Below, one piece after another: positions 1 to 9,602 of a DNA stretch of 64,000 nt (positions are counted from its first letter, which is position 1; the number at the start of each line of letters is the position of its first letter). The stretch lies in contig CAVTTL010000001.1 of NCBI GenBank assembly GCA_963737635.1, positions 416,001 through 480,000 on the forward strand, read 5' to 3'. The position numbers and the translations under genes were made by a program. Below the pieces are notes generated by a model, which saw only the letters and a program-made list of their open reading frames with translations, was not told where the DNA came from and did no database searches. The stretch is from an uncultured Methanoregulaceae archaeon (lineage in GTDB: Archaea; Halobacteriota; Methanomicrobia; Methanomicrobiales; Methanospirillaceae).

Positions 1-1515
1 TTTTTATGCCTGAGTGTCTGCCATGCGGCAATCTCATTTAAGAAACATTTGCCGGTCACTTCGTCAAAACTGATGGGGATCTTGACAGCGACCAAGAGGT
101 TATCCGATTTGCGGTGAGCGGCAAAGACATGTGCAACACCACCGCGGCCGATATGCCGGATATCCCCGTACCTGCCTTCGAGTTCTGGGGGAAAATAAAA
201 TTTGGGGACTGCTGCCTGAGGTGTTTCCCGGGGAGCTGGTGCTACTTCAGTCTCGGGTGTCGGCGTAGTGACCTTGGCATTGGTATCCAGAGGACGCACG
301 CTGTTATCCTGGGGTTCTTCCTTTACGTGCAGGTCGAGCACCTGACGGGGATGCGTATCTCCCAGGGTTGACGGGGGTCTTGAACTCGACCCTGTACGGT
401 TCGCACGTGATCTGATGAAGAGTAAACCGCCGGCACCGACAATACAAATCACCAGAGCCAGTATAACAAGCGTGACCATTACACGATCTGCCCGGTCTGC
501 CGTCGCGGGGAGCTCCTGTGCCCGCCAGCGCTGATCCCTGCTCTCCCGTAGTAGCTATCTGGGTAGGGACTGGAGCCGTTATTGCCCCGGCTGCCGCAGG
601 CCGGATCTGCGAATAATACTCAATAGGATCCAGAAGAGGGGCAGGGTCGACATCGTTCTGGATAGCGGCAGTTCCCGCAGCACGGATTGATCCGGACCGG
701 ACCAGATAGGGTGTATTCCCGATACCATCGGAATTCTGGTCAGTACCCCGGTAATCGCTCCAGTAATTCCCCAGTCTTCCGGTAAACGATCTCCCCAGAT
801 AGACGTAGGATAAATCAGAAGGTGATTCCCAGAGCTGATCGGTGCCTCTGGAAAGGACGTTTTCTGTATTGGAGAAGGTGTTAATTGTGATCGTATTGGC
901 GCTCGACAGCTCATCAAGCGTTATTCCTAGGGTGTTTTTCGTTACGGTGTTTCTTTCAATCAGATTGTTTTTTGCGCTTCTGAGCACGACGCCTGCACGG
1001 TTATTATTCGTTATAATGTTGTCAGTGATGGAATTGCCATTCGATGAAGAGAGCTGGATTCCGGCAGCATTCCCGGTAAGAGTGTTATTTTCAATCGTAT
1101 TCGCATTCGACGTGACGAGAATCCCGTTTGCCACACTGTTCTGGATGGTGAAGCCCTCAACAGTACATCCATCGGCATCAATTTCAACAGCAGTTCCCGT
1201 CTTTCCCGGGTCAATGACCGGCGCCCCCGTTCCGGTATCAACGCCGATAAGCGTGATCTTCTTATCAATCTTGACGATGCCCGGATAGGTCCCGCTCCAC
1301 ACAATAATCGTATCAAGGGGCGAGGCCCATGTGACGGCAGTCTGGATGCTGGTAAAGCTCCCTCCGGAAGGTGCAACAATGTACTGCGCTCCGGATACCG
1401 GAGAGACACATACTGCACTTATAAGCAGCACGGCTGCACAGCAGAAAAGGGCTACGGATTGAGGGCACATCACGAACGTGGGAAAGGTTTTCGGGATCAT
1501 AGTCTTATTCAACAT
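1..1515 (-). CDS. Receptor-like Ser/Thr protein kinase: signal peptide, NosD/CASH beta-helix, TM helix, kinase domain. Frameshift near 508; runs off the window edge
   Basis: ORF 304..1515 has a signal peptide and NosD-type beta-helix repeats (GNYWSDY). A frame change at the C run near 507-510 gives MVTLVILALVICIVGAGGLLFIR (TM), then IGRGGVAHV (Gly loop), VAVK and FLNEIAAW up to base 1. Confidence 0.85.
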
Positions 1516-1570
1516 TCGGGGTCAGCAGAGAGGTACCGCCTTCATTCGCGTTCGCCTGGATATAAAGAAG

Positions 1571-2356
1571 TTATGGGTTTTTTGGGATAATTAACAGTAG
1601 CTTAACTCCGCCTGCCCCTTTTGCAAGCTCAAGAAGATCACCGTCATGGACCAGTGTAGGTACACTGCGTTCCAGCCGCGCATTGTTCAATACCGTTCCA
1701 CCAGTACTTCCACAATCTTCAAAGTACCACCCGTCTTTTTTCTGGAGAAATTTCCCATGGGGTTTTGAGATCCGGGTTACAGCAGTGTAGGTACCAGAGA
1801 TCTCGACATCCCCGTCCCCGGTCGCACCTGCGGGACGTTCAGGATCACTCCTTCCGACGCGCACCCCGTCGCTCCGCAACAGGAATGTTTTACCATCATC
1901 GTGTCCTCCCAGAACGATAACCGCAGGGACATTCCCGAGGACTTCTTTGGAGAGCGTGTTTTTTACTGACTCCAGTCTCCTTGAAATCTCCCCGCCAATG
2001 ATCTGGACCTTGGTATTGGAGAACAGCCCGAGGTTCCGGATAATGGACTCCAGACCCCCCGGGACAAGAGAATACTGCCATACCGGGTGAATGCCTTTTG
2101 ACGTCGGAGATCCCAGACCCGCTTCTTTTTTTATTACCCCGATACTCATGAGCTTGTCGAGGTGTTTTTTTGTATTCTCGTAGCTGGTCTCGATCTCCCG
2201 GGAGATCGCCCGCGCATCATGGGGTTTCTTTTCGAGGAATTTAACAATCCTCAGCCTGGCACCGCTGGAGAGCACATCCAGATATTCTGATAGTTCATCG
2301 AGAGAATCCTCCGTATCCTCAACGACGATTGTGGGAAACTTGTCTGCAGGGTTCAT
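1571..2356 (-). CDS. ArsR-like winged-HTH + FHA domain transcriptional regulator
   Basis: N-terminal LSSGARLRIVKFL...SYENTKKHLDKL wHTH; C-terminal FHA motifs VGRS, ISKPHG, DCGSTGGT, DGDLLEL. Confidence 0.85.
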   Translation of the reverse strand: MNPADKFPTIVVEDTEDSLDELSEYLDVLSSGARLRIVKFLEKKPHDARAISREIETSYENTKKHLDKLMSIGVIKKEAGLGSPTSKGIHPVWQYSLVPGGLESIIRNLGLFSNTKVQIIGGEISRRLESVKNTLSKEVLGNVPAVIVLGGHDDGKTFLLRSDGVRVGRSDPERPAGATGDGDVEISGTYTAVTRISKPHGKFLQKKDGWYFEDCGSTGGTVLNNARLERSVPTLVHDGDLLELAKGAGGVKLLLIIPKNP

Positions 2357-2598
2357 ATTTATCCTGAGAGGTACGTCGCTTTGACGTACTATAACCCTAT
2401 GCACGCACTACCTGCAGGATAAACGTTTTGTTTGGCAGTACCCTTGGCAAAGATGATGTAACCGGAAGGTTCAATGGTCTAACCGGTATCATAGGGGTAT
2501 TATATCAGGCGCAGTATGTAACTATACAATCAGGTGATACCCGTGAAGTATTTCGGCGTGTCACCGACCCATGAACAAAACCAAACGGAGGCACTCGA

Positions 2599-2850
2599 AT
2601 GGATACCGGCAAGATCCTGATGGGAACGGCGATGCTCCTCTTCATGATCGGTCTTCTGGTACATCCTGTGGGTGCAGTAAAAACCGGGTGCATTTTTCCA
2701 GTTGGGCAGACAGCTGTCATCGGGGGTTCAGGGCAGACCCCCTCTGGCAGCAATGCACCCTTCCCAACCGGGGCTGTCATCTCCGGCTCCGTCACACACC
2801 AGTACGAACGACTGACCACACCACCTGCATCCCTTCCGGATAACCCGTGA
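2599..2850 (+). CDS. Small secreted hypothetical protein
   Basis: GGAGG upstream of ATG, hydrophobic signal-like N-terminus, low-complexity remainder. Confidence 0.5.
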   Translation: MDTGKILMGTAMLLFMIGLLVHPVGAVKTGCIFPVGQTAVIGGSGQTPSGSNAPFPTGAVISGSVTHQYERLTTPPASLPDNP

Positions 2851-3183
2851 CTTACCCACGGAAAAGGAATGGGAGGTCTGACAGTATTTGAGCAGTATAT
2901 CAAGATGCCGGCAGGGAAAGAGCAAACATGTGCTGTTCTGCCGGCAAAACCTCACGCACATCCTCCAGGCTTTTACAGAAAAGCCCCATACTTCTTTTTT
3001 TATATACAGCAAAACAAACCGCAATCCGGAATGTACTAACTGCGATCCTTGACTGGCTAAATAAATGCATGAAAAACAAGGATTTGCCAGATTCTGCACC
3101 CTATCCGGAATGATCTCTTTTCGCAACGCCGTCAAAAAAGGAATGCTTACTGGTTTTGACCAGAACGCGTCTTTGGTTTTTTG

Positions 3184-4110
3184 TTATCTCTGTTTCTTAG
3201 CGGCCTTCGCAACGGCAATGGTCCCGATAATTCCGAGTGCAACAATCGGGAGCGTTCCGGACAATGGAGATTTCTTCGTAGAAACTGATATGGGTGTGAA
3301 GGTAACCGTCACGGTCTTTGGTGGTGTCTGGTTGATCACATATGTGGGCTGGGCCTCTGTGGGAACGGGTGTCGGCGTGGTAGTAATAGTCGTCGGGACG
3401 GTAGAGGTAAGTTTCACACCATCAACCCACCCCGACGCAAAGAGCCCCATCGTACCGTAATCGCCAACATTGCCAAGATAGATTCTGTTCATATCTTTGA
3501 GGTGAGACTGGGTAGAGGTAAAGTAACTCCAGAGCTGCTGACCAGTCTGTTTGTTGGTGACGGTTTCAGATATAATATTTGTATCGTTATTATAATCAAC
3601 TTCGACATGATAGGTAGTATTGAGTTGATAGTTAACCGTCGGTCCTCCGTACGAGGACATAGCACTGGTAATTTCGCTCTCTATTGCACTCTCAGTGACG
3701 GTATGAAGCACCATGATCAGACCGTCTTTCGCTGTGTTAGTGAATGCGGTAATTACGTTCGGACCTTTATTAAAGTCCATATCAGAACCCGTAAAACCTA
3801 TCCTGAACGTTGCCCCAGGATCCATCCTTTCGATCGTGACATCATATTCGAGGGTAAACGATCCACCATTAAAGATAATTGGGGGAGAATATGCATAATT
3901 ACCAGTACTTGGCTGGATACTGAAATTATACGATTCCCCCATCGAATTCCAGTAATCCAACGAAGGATTATTGGTCGTCCAGTCGGGATTGGTCGCAAAT
4001 GTATTTTGATAGAGTACAGTCTGGGTACTCGAATCAGCCCAAACGGGAGAAGTCATGATGACGACTGCCACAGCCACTATAAGTAACAAGAAAATCCGCG
4101 GGTATTTCAT
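3184..4110 (-). CDS. Cell-surface glycoprotein-like protein with C-terminal anchor
   Basis: Signal peptide, beta-rich body, Thr/Pro linker, KKSPL + TM + basic tail resembling archaeal C-terminal sorting signals. Confidence 0.75.
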   Translation of the reverse strand: MKYPRIFLLLIVAVAVVIMTSPVWADSSTQTVLYQNTFATNPDWTTNNPSLDYWNSMGESYNFSIQPSTGNYAYSPPIIFNGGSFTLEYDVTIERMDPGATFRIGFTGSDMDFNKGPNVITAFTNTAKDGLIMVLHTVTESAIESEITSAMSSYGGPTVNYQLNTTYHVEVDYNNDTNIISETVTNKQTGQQLWSYFTSTQSHLKDMNRIYLGNVGDYGTMGLFASGWVDGVKLTSTVPTTITTTPTPVPTEAQPTYVINQTPPKTVTVTFTPISVSTKKSPLSGTLPIVALGIIGTIAVAKAAKKQR

Positions 4111-4276
4111 GAAATTGACCTCCGATGAAGTGAACAAGGCTTTGGATCACATGTACGTTCATTCCGGTGCATAAGCCGAGTGCGTGAACATTTACAATGT
4201 GGTGTATTGTACTATGCTCCAACGCCGTTCATAAAAATATCGACCATCCGGGCGAATCCTCTTTTTGAAGAAACAC

Positions 4277-4284
4277 TATATTTA
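4277..4284 (+). promoter_or_regulatory. Probable TATA box of tRNA-Gly
   Basis: TATATTTA preceded by purine-rich BRE-like GAAGAAA, about 40 bp upstream of the tRNA. Confidence 0.5.
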
Positions 4285-4323
4285 TCTTCGAAATAAGGCA
4301 ATATCATAGCGCAGTATTCAAAT

Positions 4324-4394
4324 GCGATAGTAGTCTAGCGGCAGGACAGGAGCTTCCCAAGCTTCTAACCCGGGTTCGATCCCCGGCTATCGCA
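4324..4394 (+). tRNA. tRNA-Gly (CCC), intronless
   Basis: Acceptor stem GCGATAG/CTATCGC, anticodon arm GGAGC-TTCCCAA-GCTTC, T arm CCGGG-TTCGATC-CCCGG. Confidence 0.96.
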
Positions 4395-4403
4395 TCAGAT
4401 GTT

Positions 4404-5081
4404 ATGAACACGGAATCTGAACGCTGTGCAATGCGGATCATAGCAGAGAACACCAGGGGCGTTCTGCGGGATATTGCTACGGTGATTGCCGGACATGGCG
4501 CAAATATACTGATGATAAATCAGGAGATCTTCGATTCCGGCCCTTATGCAGGGATGGGAGAACTCTACCTCGAGTACGAACCGGGGCCCGACCGCGAACA
4601 GCTGGTACGCGACCTTGAGGCAATACAGTCGGTCAGGGACGTAAAAAACTTCCAGCCTTTCGGTGATATCTTCGGTTCACGAGTCATTATTATCGGGGGC
4701 GGGGCTCAGGTTGCCCAGGTTGCCCTCGGCGCTGTTAACGAAGCAGATCGCCATAATATCCGGGGCGAGAGAATATCGGTCGATACCATCCCCCTTGTTG
4801 GCGAACGGACATTGGCCCTCGCTGTCGACGCTGTTTCGCGTCTGCCCCGCGCATCTATCCTGGTACTCGCCGGGTCGATTATGGGGGGAGACATCTCAAA
4901 GGCCGTCGATCGTGTCCGTGAGGCTGGCATACCGGTCATAGCGCTCAAGATGGCCGGTACCGTACCCGAACACGCAGACTTAGTTGTGACCGATCCGATC
5001 CAGGCAGGAGTGTTTGCGGTTATGCACGTGAGCAGCAAGGCGGTATTCGACATCAGCCGGGTCCGCGGCAGGGAATTTTAA
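4404..5081 (+). CDS. ACT domain + DUF5612-type putative amino-acid-binding regulator (COG2150-like)
   Basis: N-terminal ACT (NTRGVLRDIA); conserved GGGAQVAQVA...EADRHNIRGERISVDTIP. Confidence 0.85.
   Translation: MNTESERCAMRIIAENTRGVLRDIATVIAGHGANILMINQEIFDSGPYAGMGELYLEYEPGPDREQLVRDLEAIQSVRDVKNFQPFGDIFGSRVIIIGGGAQVAQVALGAVNEADRHNIRGERISVDTIPLVGERTLALAVDAVSRLPRASILVLAGSIMGGDISKAVDRVREAGIPVIALKMAGTVPEHADLVVTDPIQAGVFAVMHVSSKAVFDISRVRGREF
5069..5081 (+). other. Stop/start overlap (TAATG) coupling the ACT regulator to tsaC
   Basis: TAA ends at 5081 and shares its last base with ATG. Confidence 0.6.
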
Positions 5082-5653
5082 TGGATATTATCGAGCGGGC
5101 AGTCTCCGTGCTGATGCATGACGGCCTCATCGTGTACCCGACAGACACGCTGTATGGCCTCGGAGCCGATGCCTTCTCCGAAGAGGCCATCGAGAAAGTC
5201 TATGAAGCAAAAAAGCGGGATCTTGCAAAGCCAATCTCCATTGCAGTCTCCGACTTCGAGATGTTCGCTGCAGTCTCTCACATCGACAGCTCCATGAAAG
5301 AGTTTATTGAAAAATTCCTGCCCGGACCTGTAACCGTGATTGTGCCCGCACGGAAAACGATTCCCGGTATCCTGACCGGGGGGACGGGTATGATCGGTAT
5401 CCGTATCCCGGCCCATGGGGTGGCCATCCAGATCATCGAACGGTTCGATGCACCTATCACTGCGACCAGTGCGAATCTCTCTGGAGGAAAAGATCCCCAG
5501 ACCCCGGAAGAGTGCACTGTACCCCGCGATCTCTTCATCGACGGCGGAAGGCTCTCCGGTACACCAAGCACCGTCGTGGATCTCACCAAAAAATCAATCG
5601 TCAGGCGCGGGGCAGATGCTGAAGCTATCGAAGTATTCCTGCGATCCTGCTGA
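5081..5653 (+). CDS. tsaC: L-threonylcarbamoyladenylate synthase (TsaC/Sua5 YrdC domain)
   Basis: YPTDTLYGL, KKR, PGPVT, TSANLSG, PSTVVD motifs. Confidence 0.93.
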   Translation: MDIIERAVSVLMHDGLIVYPTDTLYGLGADAFSEEAIEKVYEAKKRDLAKPISIAVSDFEMFAAVSHIDSSMKEFIEKFLPGPVTVIVPARKTIPGILTGGTGMIGIRIPAHGVAIQIIERFDAPITATSANLSGGKDPQTPEECTVPRDLFIDGGRLSGTPSTVVDLTKKSIVRRGADAEAIEVFLRSC

Positions 5654-5668
5654 CAACGAGCCGTCATT

Positions 5669-6592
5669 ATGCTGCCGATCCGCCTGCGTGATTTTGTCGA
5701 AGATCAGGATGGCTGGATCTACGCTGTCTCAACGTACGACAACGAACGAGATGTCGGATGCGTCCTCCGCTATGTCCCGGAAAGCGGCGGTGAACGGATC
5801 AGTCGGTCCGGCCAACGGTACCGCAAATACGATTTCGAGGATGCCTATGCCCGGATCGCGCGTGAAAAACCCGCCTACGCTGGAGTTGTCCAGCGCATTC
5901 CGGTTACTGATGTGCGCCGGATATTAAAACCGGATCTGGAGATCTCCCACATCGCTACATCGCATGACCGGGTTAAACGGCTGCTCGACTTGTTCCGGTT
6001 GCCACCGGGCGCGATCGGCTGCACCGGGTCACTCCTGTGCGGTCTTGAAAACGAGGGTTCGGATATCGACATAGTAGTCTACGGCACGCACTGGTTTACC
6101 GCCCAGAATCTTGTTAAAAAAGGAATAACCGATGGCAGTATTGAAGGCATGTCATCGGAGATGTGGCGTAAAGTGTACGAGAAGCGCAAACCCGAGATCA
6201 GTTACGAGGCCTTCGTGCTCCATGAGCAGCGGAAAGGGAACCGGGGACAGATTGAAGGAACCTATTTCGATATCCTGTATACGCGATCCTACGATAACCT
6301 TATAGGACTCCCCGCCGGGAAAGGAGAGATTCTCGGTAAGGAAACAATAGTGGCAAAGGTTACCGATGCCTCACTTGCGTTCGACAACCCGGCGGTGTAT
6401 GTGATTGAGCACGAATCAGTGAGCAGGGTTCTCTCGTTTACCCACACGTACAGTGGCCAAGCCCTTGCAGGAGAAATGATTGAAGCCTGCGGGGTCATAG
6501 AGCAGCACGGTACAGAACGCTGGCTCATTGTCGGTACGACCCGGGATGCGAAAGGAGAATATATCGTATCAAAGACGCTGCTTGGCGAGTAA
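5669..6592 (+). CDS. Pol-beta-like nucleotidyltransferase (COG1665-like)
   Basis: GCTGSLLCGL..GSDIDIVVYG motif; C-terminal OB-like region. Confidence 0.85.
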   Translation: MLPIRLRDFVEDQDGWIYAVSTYDNERDVGCVLRYVPESGGERISRSGQRYRKYDFEDAYARIAREKPAYAGVVQRIPVTDVRRILKPDLEISHIATSHDRVKRLLDLFRLPPGAIGCTGSLLCGLENEGSDIDIVVYGTHWFTAQNLVKKGITDGSIEGMSSEMWRKVYEKRKPEISYEAFVLHEQRKGNRGQIEGTYFDILYTRSYDNLIGLPAGKGEILGKETIVAKVTDASLAFDNPAVYVIEHESVSRVLSFTHTYSGQALAGEMIEACGVIEQHGTERWLIVGTTRDAKGEYIVSKTLLGE

Positions 6593-6747
6593 TGCTTTTT
6601 CCCCCATGATCCACCATTTTTATCAGCGAATCCGGCGAGGGGATTTGGGCTCCTTGGTCGGTGCATCCGGGATTTGGTTCTTGTATTTAGGTAAGAAAAA
6701 GACACCAACAACTTTATAAACTGAGTCATAAACGAATAACCTTGAAT

Positions 6748-8187
6748 ATGAGACGAGATACGGCTTGGTCTTGCAGGGATCAAGCTCTTTCTGAAGTAAT
6801 AGGATTTGTCCTTATTATTGCGATTATTATGGCCGCATTCTCGCTGTACCTAGTCTATGGCGTCCCGGTGCAAGGGCGGGAGAATGAGATCAATCACATG
6901 AATGATATTAATGACCAGTTCGTGAGCTATAAGATCGGCGTGGATTCGCTCTGGACAAACCAGCAGGAAAATATCGCCATGAGTACTACCTTCCCTCTTG
7001 GCACCTCCGGCCAGACTGCGCAGGGAAGCACCAGCATCATACCGGTCTTGCAACCCATCGGATCGAGTGGTGCCCTCTTTATTAATCAGAGGACGTTAAC
7101 GCCGGAAACATTCGCTGTTTCATCTACATCGTATATCACTAATACAACAGCGATGACATCCGGTCCTCAAATTCAGATCGCGACGTCCCCCCAGATTACT
7201 ACACAGGTATATTCGAATGTCCCCTCCAGCCTGCTCATCAATATAACTGCAAATAATGTAAACCAGAATGAAAATCCCGCACGAAGCATTATCATTAACG
7301 GGAATTCATGGAATGCAATCATCAATATTACGCCACAATTGACGTATTATGTAACCTATTCACTTTCCAGTGGGACTCTTACTCAGAGCCCGGCGTTCAA
7401 TTATACCGGAACAGACGTCACCGTTACCGTGCAAAAAAAAGGAATCACATCTCTGGCGAGTTTTATAGTGTACCCCAATATCCAACAAGGTTCCACCTAT
7501 TCGGTTGACCTGCTGGATCCTGCCTATGGTTTAAACAGTGTCATATCCTACCCTGCCACAATCACGTATTCCCTTTATAATCCAACATCGGATATGACGG
7601 CAACTGCAACAGCTGAGTATGCCTACCAGCCCCAGTATAATTATACCTATTTAGTCCCACTCGGTTCCCTCGAATACAGTACGAGCAACAATTACTGGAT
7701 CCCACAGACGTACTATTACCAGATGGGCGGAGTGTTCCTTTCCCAGAGCGACGGGATCACCTATAAGCTTCCACCAGAGATTACGTTTACCTACAACGGG
7801 AACGGGAATATAACGGTAAACATTGTCGCGATCGCTTACGACCCTGCGAGTTCCGGTGTGATCGGTGGATCCAGCCCGGCGCAGGTATCGACGTCATTAA
7901 AAACCGATGCCGGCGCTCTGCCATACGCACCGATCAGCCTTAACACATGGAACGCAAGTATTAATATTACAACACCGGATCCGGATGCAGCCTTAATGTG
8001 GGCAGCGTACCTGAATGCGGCAGCAAACCAGACAGCAGGAATTCCAACAACTTACTTTACAGCGGAAAATACGACCACGGGGAGTTATATTTTGTTGCCG
8101 GGAGGAAATGATGGGAATCCCCACATCACTCTCAATGTAAAGACCGCAAACCTTTCCGTCAGTGTGCAGAGTGTGGCAAGTACATGA
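6748..8187 (+). CDS. Archaeal type IV pilin-like protein (class III signal peptide)
   Basis: RDQA/LSEVIGFVLIIAII prepilin motif; TTTATAAA promoter at 6713-6720. Confidence 0.85.
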   Translation: MRRDTAWSCRDQALSEVIGFVLIIAIIMAAFSLYLVYGVPVQGRENEINHMNDINDQFVSYKIGVDSLWTNQQENIAMSTTFPLGTSGQTAQGSTSIIPVLQPIGSSGALFINQRTLTPETFAVSSTSYITNTTAMTSGPQIQIATSPQITTQVYSNVPSSLLINITANNVNQNENPARSIIINGNSWNAIINITPQLTYYVTYSLSSGTLTQSPAFNYTGTDVTVTVQKKGITSLASFIVYPNIQQGSTYSVDLLDPAYGLNSVISYPATITYSLYNPTSDMTATATAEYAYQPQYNYTYLVPLGSLEYSTSNNYWIPQTYYYQMGGVFLSQSDGITYKLPPEITFTYNGNGNITVNIVAIAYDPASSGVIGGSSPAQVSTSLKTDAGALPYAPISLNTWNASINITTPDPDAALMWAAYLNAAANQTAGIPTTYFTAENTTTGSYILLPGGNDGNPHITLNVKTANLSVSVQSVAST

Positions 8188-9104
8188 GAAGCTCTGACAA
8201 GAGTGGCGAGGGTGCGGCATCCGAAGTTATCGGGACAGTTCTGTTGATCACTATCGTAGTTATTGCAGGATCGATTGTCGGTGTCGCTGTCCTATCCCAG
8301 CCGCAGGCACAGAAGATCCCTGCGCTCAGTGCCCTCATCTCGAACCATAGCCAGATCGTGTATATCAAACATGACGGGGGGGAATCGCTGCTAAATGGAA
8401 CCTATAAGATCCTGGTTGATGGTGTTGATGTCACATCCAGTATCAGCACCCCTTCCACGTGGTCTATCGGAGAAACGCTCACCTATACCAAACCGGGGAC
8501 TACTCCACCATCAAGTGTGGTACTTGTGTATACCGGATATGGCTCCGCAGGAGTGGTTTTAACTTCGGCGTATTTCGGACAGTATGTGGGCGGAGGATCA
8601 CCCACTGGAACAACGACTACAACGGCCACCGTAACTGCAACTACAACGACTATAACGACGGCTACCACTACGGCAACACCAGTCTCGGCGCCGGTGGCTA
8701 ACTTCACGGGCATACCGCTCACCGGAACCGCACCGCTTATAGTCCAGTTCACCGATACCTCTACGGGTACCCCGACTTCGTGGAACTGGTCATTTGGAGA
8801 TACATCATTCTCTGCCGCCCAAAACCCATCACACACCTATTCAACCGCAGGAACCTATTCCGTTACATTGACCGCAGCAAATGCCGGTGGGGGCAATGCA
8901 ATAACTAAAACCGGTTATATCACAGTTAATCCAAGCCAGATTCCCGCATCCACAGTTCTTGTGAATGCTAACAACTACCCAGGTAAACCGGGGTATCTGC
9001 TGAGTGGTGGATATATACAGTTCACCGTAACAGGAGATTATTACGAGATAACCTACGGAAGTACTCAGCATACATTTAATAATGGCGATATTGTCAGACT
9101 AACG

Positions 9105-9158
9105 GGTTCTGTTGCGTTGTCGGGACTTCTCAGGTAGGTGTTGCATGGCGGGACTTTT
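9105..9158 (+). repeat. Left terminal inverted repeat (54 bp)
   Basis: GGTTCTGTTGCGTTGTCGGGACTTCTCAGGTAGGTGTTGCATGGCGGGACTTTT; exact reverse complement at 13047-13100. Confidence 0.97.
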
Positions 9159-9180
9159 GGAGCAATAGATACAAGTCAGA

Positions 9181-9543
9181 TCAACCAAATTGATTTTTGT
9201 TTAAAATCAGTTCTTTTATTTGAATAAATATTGATAACTTTTTTTTTGTAAATTTGAATTTAATGGAATTTACCGCAGTACAAAAAATAGTGATCAATCC
9301 ACATGCATCTCCATCAAAGTCCAATATAGACCCTATCATAATCACAGATTTTCGAATCGCTAAAAGATCTCTATCCGTTTCGGCATAACTTTCGATAGTG
9401 CTTAATAATGATAGGATTTCATTCATCTTTGAAATTTTTTCAGATTTAGTTAATTCTTTATTAGTTAAAAGTTCTGACGTTATTTTAGAAATTTCAATCT
9501 TTTTATTGACCAGCATAAGCCGCTCAGCCTCGGTCAGTTCCAT
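9181..9543 (-). CDS. Orphan passenger protein, 120 aa
   Basis: Intact AT-rich ORF inside the element with a TATA-like stretch upstream; no family confidently recognised. Confidence 0.6.
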   Translation of the reverse strand: MELTEAERLMLVNKKIEISKITSELLTNKELTKSEKISKMNEILSLLSTIESYAETDRDLLAIRKSVIMIGSILDFDGDACGLITIFCTAVNSIKFKFTKKKLSIFIQIKELILNKNQFG

Positions 9544-9602
9544 GAACCATTATTTGTGGATGTTTATAATATGGTTTTGGGTAGGAAAAACAAAAAAGAG
9601 AG

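Noticed and set aside
2906-2985. TGCCGGCAG/CTGCCGGCA and GGCTTTT/AAAAGCC hairpins
   Set aside because: These are single-copy and could be a terminator or chance; there is no support for a defined RNA or MITE.
4324-4394. tRNA-Gly as an integration site
   Set aside because: No duplicated tRNA 3' end or integrase was seen, and housekeeping genes follow immediately.
8600-8680. ACN-rich repeats in the pilin gene
   Set aside because: This is an ordinary Thr-rich linker, also present in other surface proteins here.
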